NCBI GenBank assembly: GCA_052327205.1
Contig: CM126219.1
Location: forward strand, 22,940,001-23,004,000
Reading direction: 5' to 3'
Origin: Somniosus microcephalus
Lineage: Eukaryota
DNA: 64,000 nt
How positions within the stretch are numbered: the first letter of the stretch is position 1; the number at the start of each line of letters is the position of its first letter. A program made the translations under genes and the position numbers. Positions 1 to 13,269 of this stretch are shown here, piece by piece. The notes beneath the pieces were generated by a model. It worked only from the letters and a program-made list of their open reading frames with translations, was not told where the DNA came from and ran no database searches.

Positions 1-30
1 GCGTGCACATACACATAACACACAACCTAC

Positions 31-226
31 CTTCTACTGGAGAAGTTTTTAACCTTCTGCAGATATCTTGAACATCACCGTAAGTGTCGTGTATTTTACT
101 GACTGCTTCGCCAGATCGCAGTTCCATAAGGCCACGTAGATCCGCGACGGTGCAGCCAAATTCCCCCTCATGGTTGCCCTCGGCAACAGAGTTGCCTGGA
201 TGGTGGCCTGCTGAGTTATTAGTCAT
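31..226 (-). CDS. ATP2B4: First coding exon of plasma membrane Ca2+-transporting ATPase (PMCA4-like); the gene continues beyond the left edge of the window
   Basis: Manual translation from ATG at 226 gives [65 protein letters not shown](G). This is the PMCA N-terminus (FGC..ELR.LMELRS...RLKTSP.EG). It ends at a phase-1 donor GAAG|GTAGGT at 31/30, as expected for PMCA genes. The [18 protein letters not shown] start fits ATP2B4 better than the MGDM-start paralogs (from recall). The upstream acceptor is uncertain; one candidate is TTTTCAG at 325-331. Confidence 0.9.
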
Positions 227-1296
227 TTTTGCCCTCGGAAATGAAAAAAAGGTTCGAGCTGAAGCTTTGAAAGATCCACGCCAGAAGCTGGCACAGCCGT
301 CCTACTGATGGTTCCAATGGGAGCCTGAAAATTTCAAATTGGTTTTTAACTCTCTTGGCAGTGACGCAAACATCAGCAGAGTCCAACTTCCCCAGATAAA
401 GGCGTCGTAAGAACGTGCATATTACTGTAGCAGCAGCCTAGCAACAACTGTTTAGTCTCTTCTCTCGCATCCCTTGGTGCCAGGAAGCCACTGAGAAAGT
501 CTGAAAGACAAGGTGCAATGTGTTACTCAGATGGATCGATATTTGACATTCAGCTTTTAAAAACCGAGTGAGCTTGACCAAGAATTTAGCACTTGTAGCG
601 CAATGTACAGAAATGTACAATGCTGCTCACCATTCCTATGATTAAGAGTGCTCTCATTTTTGGTAGAGAAATCAAGTTTTTTTTTTAAAATAGTCTAACA
701 GATAAAAATCACTGAAAATGTTAAACTCCATAACATTCCCTAATATTTAACATTTATATGCTTTACTTGAAAAAAATTATGCAAAGCTAAAATGAAGTCT
801 CCATCAATGTCTTGTGTGGGTCAGAATGTCAATATTTCTGCAACAAACACTGTACTAGTTTCACCAGTGACATTTCTCCCCCCCCCCCCCTTCCATATAA
901 AGTGCATCCTTGGGATATAAACACCTGAAAAGGTGGAAATATACATGTGAGCAAACATGGTCCTCCAGTGCATCAATGAGGCCATTTTCATATTCAAAGC
1001 AATGCATGCTCACCCACAATCAAGAGCTGTATGAGACATATGCCAGCAGGTTAATGGTTCCCCAATCAGAATACCACTACTTTTACTATGAACTTTCCAG
1101 CTGGGCTTCCTACTTTAACACATGGCTATATGCAATGCCCATGCATTGAGGCTAGAAATTTCAGCTAGACTGGTAACGCTTCAGCTCCAATGCCCGCCAA
1201 TGTTCTCAGCAATGGGTGACTATCAGGCAGAGTAGTAGGTGCAGGCAGGTAGTGCAGCGGTCCCCTGTGGCCATCCCCCTTTCAAACAGATATACC

Positions 1297-2118
1297 ATAG
1301 AAACATAGAAGATAGGAGCAGGAGTAGGCCATTCAATGAGATCATGGCTGATCATCCAAATTCAGTACCCTGTCCCTGCCTTCTCCCTATATCCCTTGAT
1401 CCCTTTAACCTTAAGAAATATACCCAACTCTTTCTTGAATATATTTAATGAACTGGCCTCCACCGCCCTCTGTGGCAGAGAATTCCACAGGTTCACCACT
1501 CTCTGGGTGAAGAAATTCCTCCTCATTTCAGTCCTAAATGGCTTACCCCTTATCCTTAGACTATGACCCCTGGTTCTGGACTCCCCGGCCATCAGAAACA
1601 TCCTTCCTGCATCTAGTCTGTCCAGGCCTGACAGAATTTTATAGGTTTCGATGAGATCCCCTCTCAATCTTCTAAACTCGTGTGTATAAGCCCAATCGAC
1701 ACAATCTCTCCTCATACGTCATTCCTGCCATCCCAGGTATCAGCCTGGTGAATCTTCGCTGCACTCCTTCCATGGCAAGAACATCCTTCCTCAGGTAAGG
1801 CGACCAAAACTGCACACAATATTCAAGGTGCGGTCTCACCAAGGCCCTGTAGAAATGTAGCAAGACATCCTTGTTCCTGTACACGAACCCTCTTGCTACG
1901 AAGGCCAACATACCATTTGCCTTCTTAACCGCCTGCTGCACCTGCATGCTTACCTTCAGCGACTGGTGCACAAGAACACCCAGGTCTCTTTGCACTTCCC
2001 CTTCTCCCAATCTACTGCCATTCAAATAATAATCTGCCTTCCTGTTTTTGCCACCAAAGTGGATAACCTCACATTCATCCACATTATAGTGCATTTGCCA
2101 TGTTTCTGCCCAATCACC
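1297..2118 (-). mobile_element. CR1 LINE, 5'-truncated 3' fragment
   Basis: Minus-strand ORFs with CR1 RT C-terminus (LVRPHLEYCVQFWSP, RGDLIETYKIL, FFTQRVVNLWNSLP) and a TTCTATG-type tail at 1297-1315. Confidence 0.93.
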
Positions 2119-5100
2119 ACTTTGGATATTGTTGAGGGAGACAGCTTAAATCGGGGGAAGGCAGCAGCCGCCAACTTCTTGGCACCATGGGGGGTCCTGC
2201 TGCGCAGGACGGGAGGAAAAAGAGTGGGAGAGCTATAGTGATAGGGGATTCTATTGTAAGGGGAATAGATAGGCGTTTCTGCAGCCACAAACAAGACTCC
2301 AGAATGGTATGTTGCCTCCCTGGTACAAAGGTCAAGGATGTCTCTGGGCAGCTGCAGGGCATTCTGGAGAGGGGGGGGGGGGGGGGGGGAGGGTAAACAG
2401 CCAGTTGTCTTGGTGCATATAGGTACCAACGATATAGGTAAAAAAACAGGATGAGGTCCTAAAAGCTGAATATAGCGAGTTAGGAGGTAAATTAAAAAAA
2501 ATAGGACATCAAATGCAGTAATCTCAGGATTGCTACCAGTGCCACGTGCTAGTCAGAGTAGAAATAGAAGGCTATTTCAGATGAATACGTGGCTAGAGGA
2601 ATGGTGCAAGGGGGAGGGTTTCAAATTCCTGGGACATTGGAACCGGTTCTGGGGGAGGTGGGACCAGTACAAACTGGATGGTTTGCACCTGGGCAGGACC
2701 GGAACCGATGTTCGAGGGGGAGTGTTTGCTAGTGCTGTTGGGGAGGATTTAAACTAAAATGGCAGGGGGTTTGGAACCTGTGCAAGGAGACAGAGGAAAG
2801 GGAAGCAAGGATAGAAACAAAAGACAGGAAGGAGAAAAGCAAAAGTGGAAGGCAGAGAAATCAAGGGTGTAAATCAAACAGGGCTACAGTAAATAAGAAT
2901 GCTAAAAGGACTAAGTGTTAAAAAATCAAGCCTGAAGGCTTTGTGTCTTAATGCAAGGAGCATTCATAATAAAGGTGGATGAATTAGCTGCGCAAATAGA
3001 TGTAAATGGATAGGATATACTTGGGATTACGGAGACATGGCGCCAGGGTGACCAAGACTGGGAATTCAACATCCAGGGGTATTCAATATTCAGGATGGAC
3101 AGGAAAAAAGGAAAAGGAGGTGGGGTAGCATTGCTGGTTGAAGAGGACATTAACACAATAGTAAGGAAGGATATTAGCTCTGATGATGTGGAATCTGTAT
3201 GGGCAGAGCTGAGAAATACCAAGAGGCAGAAAACGTTAGAGAGTTGTATACAGACCCCCAAACAGTAATGCGGAGGTTGGGGATGGCATTAAACGGGAAA
3301 TTCGAGGGGCTTGCAATAAGGGCACAGCAGTTATCATGGGTGACTTTAATCTACATATAGATTGGGCTAACCAAATTAGTAACAATACTGTGGAGGAGGA
3401 ATTCCTAGAGTGTATACGGGATGGTTTCCTGGACCAATATGTCGAGGAACCAACTAGAGAGCAAGCCATCTTAGACTGGGTATTATGTAATGAGAAAGGA
3501 TTATTTAATAATCTTGTTGTGCGAGGCCCCTTGGGGAGGAGCGATCATAATATGATCGAATTCTTCATTAAGACGGAGAGTGAAGTAGTTGACTCAGAGA
3601 CTAGGGTCCTGAATTTAAATAAAGGAAACTACGATGGTGTGAGGCACGAGATGGCTAGGATGGATTGGAGAATGTTACTTAAAGGATTGATGGTGGATAG
3701 GCAATGGCAAACATTTGTTCATCCCGGTTTGGCATAAAAATAAAACAAAAAAGGTGACTCAACCATGGCTAACAAGGGAAATTAGGGATAGCATAAGATC
3801 CAAGGAGAGGACATATAATTTGGCCAGAAAAAGCAAACCTGAGGATTGGGAGCAGTTTAGGATTCAGCAAAGGAGGACAAAGGGATTCATTAAGAGGGGG
3901 GAAATAGATTAGGAGAGTAAGCTTGCAGGGAACATAAACAGTGACTGTAAAAGCTTCTATAGATATGTGAAGAGAAAAAGATTGGTGAAGTCAAGCATAG
4001 GTCCCTTGCAGTCAGAATCAGGGGAATTTATAATGGGAAACAAAGAAATGGCAGACCAATTAAATACAAACTTTGGTTCTGTCTTCACAAAGGAGGACAC
4101 AAATAACCTCCCAAAGATGTCGGGAACATGGGGTCTACTGAGAGGGAGGAATTGAATGAAATCAGTATTTGTAGAGAAATGGTGTTAGGGAAATTGATGG
4201 GATTGAAGGCCGATAAATCCCCAGGGCCTGATAATCTACATCCTAGGGTACTTAAGGAAGTGGCCCTAGAAATAGTAGATACATTGCTGGTCATCTTCCA
4301 AAATTCTAGAGACTCTGGAACAGTTCCCATGGATTGGTGGATAGCTAATGTAACCCCACTATTTAAAAAGTGTAGTAGAGAAAAAACGGGGAATTATAGA
4401 TCAGTAAGCCTGACATCAGTAGTGGGGAAAATGCTAGAGTCTATTATAAAAGATTAACAACACTGGAATTTTAAGGATGTAACTAGTAGAATAGATAAGG
4501 GAGAACCAGTGGATGTGGTGTATTTGGACTTTCAGAAGGCTTTCGATAAGGTCCTGCGTAAGAGATTAGCGTGCAAAGTTAAAGCACATGGGATTGGGGG
4601 TAAGGTACTGTCTTGGATAGAGAACTGGTTGGCAGACAGGAAGCAAAGAGTTGGAATAAACAGGTCTTTTTCCGAGTGGCAGACAGTGACTAGTGGGGTA
4701 CCACAGGGATCAGTGCTAGGACCCCAGCTATTCACAACTAGATGTAACATCTCCAAGTTTGCAGATGACACAAAGCTGGGTGGGCGTGTGTGCTGTGAGG
4801 AGGATGCAGAGAAACTCCAGTATGATTTTGACAGGTTGGGTGATTATACTGCATTTGCTATGCATCTGCCCAATGTGGATAAATGCAAGGTTATCCACTT
4901 CGGTGGCAAAAACAGGAAGGCAGATTATCTGAACTGTAGTAGATTGGGAATAGGGGAAGTGCAACGAGACCTTGGTGTCCTTGTGCACCAGTCACTGAAG
5001 GTAAGCATGCAGGTGCAGCAGGCAGTTAAGGCAGCAAATGGTATGTTGGCCTTCATAGCGAGAGGATTAGAGTACAGGAGCAAGGATGTCTTGCTGCAGT

Positions 5101-5678
5101 TGTACAGGGCCTTGGTGAGACCACACCTTGAGTATTGTGTGCAGTTTTGGTCGCCTTGAGGAAGGATGTTCTTGCCATGGAGAGTGTGCAGCGAAGATTC
5201 ACCAGACTGATACCTGGGATGGCAGGAATGACGTATGAGGAGAGATTGGGTCGCTTAGGCTTTTATTCGTTGGAGTTTAGAAGAATGAGAGGGGATCTCA
5301 TTGAAACTTATAAAATTCTAACAGGACTAGACAGACTAGATGCAGGAAGGATGTTCCCGATGGTGGGAGAGTCCAGAACCAGGGGTCACAGTCTAAGGAT
5401 AAGGGATAAGCCATTTTAGGACTGAGATGAGGAGGAATTTCTTCACCCAGAGGGTGGTGAACCTGTGGCATTCTCTAACACAGAAGGCAGTTGAGGCCAA
5501 TTCATTAAATATATTCAAGAAGGAGTTGGATATATTTCTTGAGGCTAAAGGGATCAAGGGATATGGGGAGAAAGCAGGGACAGGGTACTGAATTTGGATG
5601 ATCAGCCATGATCTCATTAAATGGCGGAGCAGGCTCGAGGGGCCGAATGGCCTACTCCTATCTTCTATGTTTTCTATC
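2119..5678 (+). mobile_element. CR1 LINE, near full length and degenerate (ORF1 SGNH/GDSL esterase fragment; ORF2 APE endonuclease plus RT)
   Basis: ORF1 VIGDSIVRG...DGLHL. Endonuclease motifs GDFN and SDH. RT motifs YLDFQKAFDKV, GVPQGSVLGP, KFADDTK. Many frameshifts. 3' tail TCTTCTATGTTTTCTAT. Confidence 0.95.
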
Positions 5679-6379
5679 TTTCAACCACAGGCCCCTCCCT
5701 CCATTAATTATTTAATATTTCTCCCTTCTTTTTGTATTGGAAACTTTGTATCCTGTTCCAGCTCAGCCCTACCAAAAGGTGCCTTTTCCTCCACTCTAAA
5801 ACGCCCAAGTTTAGGATTTCTGTCCTCTTCCAGTTAAACTTCGGCTGCTTTAAAATGAACAAACTGTCCCTTTAAGCAAGTTGAAAGAAACCCTACATTG
5901 CCAAGTAGCTGTAATATTTAAAATATTCCCCACAGCACTATTGCAGAAGAGCAAAGCTGGTTTGAGAAATCAATTACCAATGTGCAACACACATCTGCCC
6001 AAGCACTGGGGTCAGGGAGCTTGTTCACCAGATGGAATTGGGCAGTTAGTGAAATAGTAGTCTGGGATGGGCTCGATGGCCTACATGTTATGGAAAACTT
6101 TGGGCCCAAAATCCAGGCAAATATGGGCCAACTTTGGATGTGCCTCACTGTATCTTAGTGCAAAAAAGTTAACCCAGACTCGAATAAAATTTAATTCAAT
6201 TCTCAGAGTGCGGTACTGCACCTATTAAAAATTTAAATGAACAGAGGAATCCACACTGTGCACGTCTAAAGATTTTACTCACGATAGAATGTTGGTGGAA
6301 GTGGGGACCGGGGGGGGGGGGGGGGGGGTGGCGGCGGGGAGAAATCATACATGGAGTACCATGCATTAAACATCCGAGC

Positions 6380-6765
6380 CTAAACTACCCTCTCCATCAC
6401 CAATGTGGCTGCAGTGCATACCTTCTACAAGATTCACCAGAGCAACTCGCCACGACTTCAACAGCACCTCCCAAACCCTCACCGCCGTCACCTAGAAGGA
6501 CAAGGGCAGAAGGTCCATGAGAACACCATCACCTTCAAGTCCCTCTCCAAGTCACATGCCATTGTGACTTGGACATATATTGCCGTTCATTCATCATCAC
6601 TGGGTTCAAAATCCTGGAACTCCCTACCCAATAGAATTGTGGAAGCATCTTCACAACATGGACTGCAACGGTTCAAGGCAGCAGCCTGCCGCCACCTTCT
6701 CAAGGGCAACTATGGATGGGCATTAAATGCCAGCCTTGCCAGCAGTGCCCACATCCTGAGAATTC
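6380..6765 (+). mobile_element. 3' end of a non-LTR retrotransposon (clade uncertain; same family as 13270-14078)
   Basis: FYKIH.SNSPRL.QHLPNP...SKSWNSLP...RFKAAA..HLLKGN resembles a LINE RT C-terminus. Homologous to the reverse complement of 13270-13700. Confidence 0.75.
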
Positions 6766-9700
6766 CTTAATTGCAGAGCACGGACTGAAGCAAAAAGAAT
6801 CAGAAATATGGATCGCTACTTTAACTGAAATTCTAGTTTTCCTACCCACATTAACTGGTTGGCAACAGTTAGCTTAGGTTATTTTGCCCACCTCCTGTCA
6901 CTGAACAGAAATGAAAGGATCCACCCTCCCCACCCCAAAGTCAGAGAACTTACAGAATTATGTATGATTTCTTGATACAGAAATTAAAACTTCCTACATA
7001 TTCAGCAAGCTCGCTACTCCTAAATTTAAAAAAAACATCCCAATGCAGGAACTTGCATGTTCATTCTGTGACATGTAAAAATATACACATGAAAAACAAA
7101 AGCATAAATGAGCAGCAAAACACTCAGGAGTGCGAGTTTCTAAATAATTTATGTTCTCATCCCTTACGATTTTCCCCCTGCATACAGCAGCTGCTACATG
7201 GGCCATCGGGACAACATTAATATTTCTAATGCTGCCAAAGTTTAACTGCTTTCGGTTTCAGTAATTTCAGGGAAGAGGGAAATTGCAAACTTCAGTACAG
7301 AATGCAGTTTTCCGCAGTACAGACCTGTTGAGGATATTCAAAAAGGTAATTCTTTTTTCCATTCTATGAGCAAGAGAGACTCCTTTTTGCAAAGAGTTTA
7401 AACTTGGAGCATGCCCCAGGATAGACTGGTCTAAAAACCATGTTAGATTTACACTTCAATTAACAGTTCTGCTTCTGAAAAGTATTTGTGGCATTTTTTT
7501 AATCCTTCCCCCTTCTCCAATAATCACATTCATCAACTGAAAGGAGACAATCCACCTTCAGGGACACATCAACACAGTTGCTTGGTCTAGCCAACAGGTG
7601 GCACGCACATGACCACTGGTTGGTAGGCAACCCTTAATACCCAGATCGCCGTCCCTTCCCTCCCTCAGACCACCTGGCCAAATTGGCACACTTGTCCACA
7701 CCCCCCCCCCCCGCGTCCCCGAGAGGACAACTGCAAATAGTAATCAAAACCAGAATTCAAAGCCGAGTCACCCAGCTGAGAATCTGGAAACCGACTGGTG
7801 TTGTAGCTGTCAGGCCACCTGTTTGCCACTTTTATAATAACCCCTGTAACCCTTCCAGTGCCAGAAAGATTTTATATCGTACGTAAGTGCCTGGTTCGCA
7901 TTTGTTGAGTAAACAGAGCTAGTTTTAACACAGCTTCTGTGCACTGTATCTGTATATTTGATCAAGCAACACACACTTCCCCACATGCACACACACTCTC
8001 TCACACCCACCCATACACACACTCACTCACCCACACACAGCCCGCGCTGCTCATGAGCTGCAATTTCCAAATAGGCAACGATGTGATTCGTTGAAACTAA
8101 ATGCTGCATTCTGACGTCTCCCTCAAACACAGACTGATCAAGTCACCGCAGTAGAAAATGCAAAATTACTCGTCGCTGTCCTTAAAACACAATACTGCCA
8201 AACACATTGAACTAAAAAGGTTTTGAAAAGAGGATTTTTGTTTCTTTTAAATTAAAAAGGTAGGTGCCATACATTAGAAAAATGAAGCGGTTATTTTAAT
8301 ACTTATTAAAAAAGTCACAAATGTCATCACTCATGGCTAAGGATGCAGAACATTTAACAAGGTTTCTCCTGTTAACACAGCACTCTTGTAGAGTGTATAT
8401 CTCTATTGGGGGAAAAAAAGATTAACGGTACTCCCCATTCAACAAATTTAACCGCAGTAAGCAACTAAAAGCTGGGCATTTGCTACCTGCTAGCACCAGC
8501 ATGAACTGCCTCAAAAAAAGATAAATGACGACTAGCTGACAGAACATTTGCTGTCCCCAAATGGCACTGCTCACTTTTCTTCTCCACCGTCACTCACACA
8601 GGCCCAGAGGCCGGTCATGAGGAGGCTTCGTCTTTCGTCGCCTGCTGTCTGCTCCTGATGAGGTTTGTTTACGTTTTGGATGAAGAGATGACTCAGCCGT
8701 GGGCCAGAGAAGTCAGTGCTGTTCCGTGTAACGTGAGCAGCCAGGAAAATCCAGCAAACATCACTCTGCAGTTGCACAGTCTGGGGGAGGCTGAGGCGTG
8801 ACTGCAATTTAAGCACATGCAATTCCTTAGAAAATACTTGACATTCTAGTAAGGCAGGGGCTGTTGGGAACATTCAACGTCTTCCTTCCTCAGTCACTGG
8901 TGGTGAAAAACCATGCTGAATAGAACCTTTATTCTCACAGATAAGCACATTAAGATAATGTTAGCACTTATTCAAATAGATTAGTGTGTTTCACCACCAA
9001 TACCCCTTTTAAAGATCAGCTACAAAGAATTAAACATTAATATCCTTGAGTTTTGTTTGAGCTGATCCTACTTTAACTGTTTAAATGACAAGCACAGTTG
9101 CCAGGGGGAGCAGGAAGGAAACAGTGGATGATTGCTTAGAGGAATTACCAAGCCAAATATTAGGAGAAAACAAATTAACATACATACAGACAGCTGAAGC
9201 GCCCTGGGCTGAATGACGACATCAATTAATGTTAAAATCAATTCCCTTACACAGAATCAGAAATCCTCAAAGTCAGCACCTCCAGTCATCGAGACCCATT
9301 GTTCAGCATCAAAAACAGGCAGATATCCCAGTTGTAATTCTCTGCATTTTCTCCCCCTCAAAAAGCAGGTCCCTGATGGCAAGTCTGCATATTTTAGCAC
9401 AAGCCCACTACTTGTACTCTCAGTCCTCCCCTCAGTCACAATGCAGTAACGTTTAGCTCTGCCATCCTCACTGCCGTCTTTCCCCTGCAGCCAGCAGAGT
9501 TGATTCGGGAACGGACGGCCTGATTTCTCCTCTGTTTACTATCAATTACATTCTGTGGTCAAACAGGAAATCTACTTCAGTTGGCAGAATCTTTCCTTTC
9601 CCTCCCTGGCTGAAACGAATTGTTCCATCTGGCAGTCTGGCTCGAGAGCTAGCAAAACACACCCACCGACAACAAGTCAGATTCAAGGTCAGTCGCACAC

Positions 9701-9831
9701 CGTGATCCGAACCCAGAACTCGAGTCGACAGTCTTGCCATTCTTTTGCCGAAGCTACTGCATGGGATTTTTCTGTGTGAATATAGAACAGTGATCGAGGT
9801 GCTCCAAAATATGGGGGCGCCAGGTTGCTTA

Positions 9832-10048
9832 TATTTGCTGGCCAATATTTATCCCTCAACCGAAATCACAAACAGATTATCGGATCATTATCACATTGCT
9901 ATTTGTGGGAGCTTGCTGTGCGCAAATTGGCTGCCGTGTTTCCTACATGACAACAGTGACTACACTTCAAAAAGTACTTCATTGGCTGTAAAGCGCTTTG
10001 GGATGTCCGGTGGTCGTGAAAGGCGCTATAGAAATGCAAGTCTTTCTT
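9832..10048 (+). mobile_element. SacSINE1-like Deu-domain SINE, 3' half
   Basis: Matches the full copies at 58654 and 49518 (GGCCAATATTTATCCCTCAAC...AAAGGCGCTATAGAAATGCAAG). Confidence 0.85.
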
Positions 10049-13000
10049 ATACTAGTACAGCTAGTCACAGGTACAGTGCATAACTTGTAACATTGTAGGT
10101 TGGTTTGCAAGTCAAATTCCTCGCCATTTCCCACTCATCATTATGAAACCAGACAGATTGCTGAACACCAAGTAAAGGCACTGCAATGGACTAAGTGGAC
10201 ACATTTGGTATCAGTCAATTCTCCATTCGCACAGCAGCCAAGGGGAGGCCATGTTGGACTGAGCTACTCCCAAACTGAAAACAAAATAGGAGCATGAATA
10301 GAACATTAAAGATTTTGCATGTCTAAAAATAAAAATGTTTTAAAACAAACACGGTGGTCCTGGAGTTTTGAATGCAAACTAAAAAAAAAAAAAATGCACC
10401 AAGCATTTAATAACTAGTGCAGAACCACTCAAGTGAAACTTCCAGAGTGGATGAATTACGCTGGCCATGTGTAATAACAAACACATTCAGAAGAATTCTT
10501 CCTCTTAGCAAGTATTAATCCATTTACCTGCAGTATCCCGAAGCTCATCTTTTAATAGCATTACTGATTTCCATAAACGTTTGCTCTTCTACTCTAGCTC
10601 AGCGCCCAAACTATGAACCGTGAACTTTAAGTGACCAAAAATCACTCAACTCTGAAGTTGGTAAGAAACGAATAGTGCACGAGAGACAGGGAGACAGAGG
10701 GTGGGGGGGGGGGGGGGGGGGGGGAAGAAAGCTAAACTATTTGAGGAACAGTTGCCTTCAACACAACATGGACAGCTTCTGTAACAGCATTTATTGCTAA
10801 GTGCATCTGCTGGTAATCAGCTGCACATTTCTCAAATGTCAGACATTAAAAATCACTAATCCTGCAGTAACTAACTACATGGTGCGCACCAACCTTTTCC
10901 CCCCAAAAACCTCCATATGAAATTGAAGTTATATCAAGCTTGCTGTCTTACCTCGGCATTCAGATGATAGTTACACGCTGCTTGACCTTCATTCTTGCAG
11001 TTTATAATGCCATCTGAACTGATGGATTAGATTACTCTCTTGCCAATTGCGCTCGGATATCCATTCTACTCTATTTCTGGAACATGCTTTTTGACTAGCA
11101 ACCGTCATGAAACTCAAACTTCTTTATTTTCAGTATCTACCTACTGTTGTATGTTTGAGATGCATTTACACTGCAGGTATCCACTGAACCAATGTTAACA
11201 TAATCCATTATGACGTGACTGAAAAATAAATCATCCCATATGGGAGTATTTCAATTAAAAACCCCAACCTACACATCTTGATCTTGCTTGGTCAATTTGA
11301 AAAATTGGAGCCTCCCACCTCTTCAATGAGCCTCATCCGTACTCTGACAGCTACTATTGGCATGAACCAGATTTTCGTGCTTTTGAACTTGCACTGCCGT
11401 AGACTGATCAAAGAACATGACAAACCTCACTTTACACTCCGGAGGCTGAAGAGTAATGATCAACAGACATGCCATTGGAAGGCAAAATTTATCACGTATG
11501 ACATTTATACAGCCTTCATAAGCAGCAAAGTGAAAACATTAATACTTAAAATTCAAACTACATGAAATGGCCTACAATGCCATTAAACCACAACAATGCT
11601 TGGGAGCAAAACTACACTGGTTAACTCTGCTTTTTTCCCCCCTGGACAACACAAAGATCCCTCTGAAGACACAGAGGGATCTTTTCTTGAAATCCTGTAC
11701 AGTAGGTTGCAATGGTGTACCAAGATGATTAATCCATGGTGGATTATGAATTTAGTGATGATACTTGGAGTGATATTCAAGTAAATATTAGATTTACAAA
11801 TGCCCATTACAAACAATTCTCCCTCTCGCCTGGTATAAACTTTGACTTGAACTTTTAATTTAGGTTAATCACTCAGCCACCTATTTAAATTGCAGTTTTC
11901 ATTTTTTTTTTTAAAAAAAGTCAAAATCTTGTTTATTAAATGGATGCAATCCAGTAATTACATTATGAAAAGAAAAAAGTTAAAGTAACTAAAATTCAAC
12001 CACCAGAACTTCCAGAGAGCCTCTGCATAAATCATAACGGACAATGAAAAAAGTGTCAACACAAATTCGCAAGACAATACAAGCTCCTGCTTCAGGTGAG
12101 GAACACCGAGATGACTAAGAAGAATCTTTCCACAGATTCTGCCCCTGGATTATTAGTAGCCTCGAGGTGTGCAGTCACAAAATGACGATTGGTCTTAACC
12201 CACACATTTGGGAGGTAGAGACAGCTTGTGCTTTTGAAATACAATCACCTACTTCAGCAACTGGCCGAAGTATCCCGCATTTGGACCAAATACTCCTGTA
12301 GCAATACTTTGTTCATATTTCTGAAGCAGCTAGTACTTAACGAATGTAACGGACCAAAAGTCTGGTAATCCACCTGTGGAACATGAAGTACTTGTGTGTA
12401 ATGATACCACAAAAAAAATTATGGAGAAAAATATGATCAATCATCAATAAGGTCCTGCAAGTAGTAATACCAGTCTGGTTGCCTCGTCGTTGGCCTGCTA
12501 TCCTGCTCTACTGATTTAGTGAATTCAACTGCCCTTACTTGCGTGCGTGCTGTACTAAGGTATGCAAACTTTAAAATAGTCAGTCATAACGGCACAGGAG
12601 GCCGCCATTCGGCCCATCGAGTGTTTGATCACAGTTCAGACAGATTTCAACTGCTTATATACCTGTTGCACTGATTTACTTGTAACCGTGTCCTAGCTCT
12701 TAGCACATGAATACTGCCCTTTAAAACTGCAAATCACTACATTCAATGAATATTCATAAAATTAGATGGCAATTTACTTCTATACATCCAAACAGTACAT
12801 GAGCCTGAGCGAATGAAGGAACTCTAGACAATGCCATTTATCAATAAGGTGAGTTTCTCAATCTTGAAGGAAGGATAATATATTGGAATACACAAGAGAT
12901 AGTATTAAATGCACAAAATTTAAATCAGATTCCAGACCTTGCCTGCAAACCAACATTTGCCATTTTATTTTGCAATTAATAGAATACTGATGAAAATTGA

Positions 13001-13269
13001 GAAGGCATTTTGACTTTAAAAGTGCATACATAACCTGTATATGTTTGTAGTCAGCTAAATAAACTTCCACTTTTTACTTGATTTATTAAATAGTGATAAA
13101 GCATTCACCAATCATTTCTAGAATACACCAATATATTTCAGTTAATAGCTAGTTTTCACCAATCCCAATCTAATCTGCCTTTGTTTTCTGCGTCAACAAT
13201 CCAGGCGATAAGGCGGATTTGATAACACTGAACATGCGTTAGCTATTCCGAGTTCTATTTTTTTTTATT

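Noticed and set aside
84-308. Plus-strand 74-aa ORF, and the many other short ORFs in the track
   Set aside because: This one is the antisense shadow of the ATP2B4 exon. The others are repeat fragments, their antisense frames, or chance ORFs with no recognisable domains.
2371-2392. Long poly-G runs (also at about 6311, 10703, 36532, 44307 and 63833)
   Set aside because: These are homopolymer expansions of short G tracts, two of them inside CR1 copies. Their length is unreliable in assemblies and there is no evidence of function.
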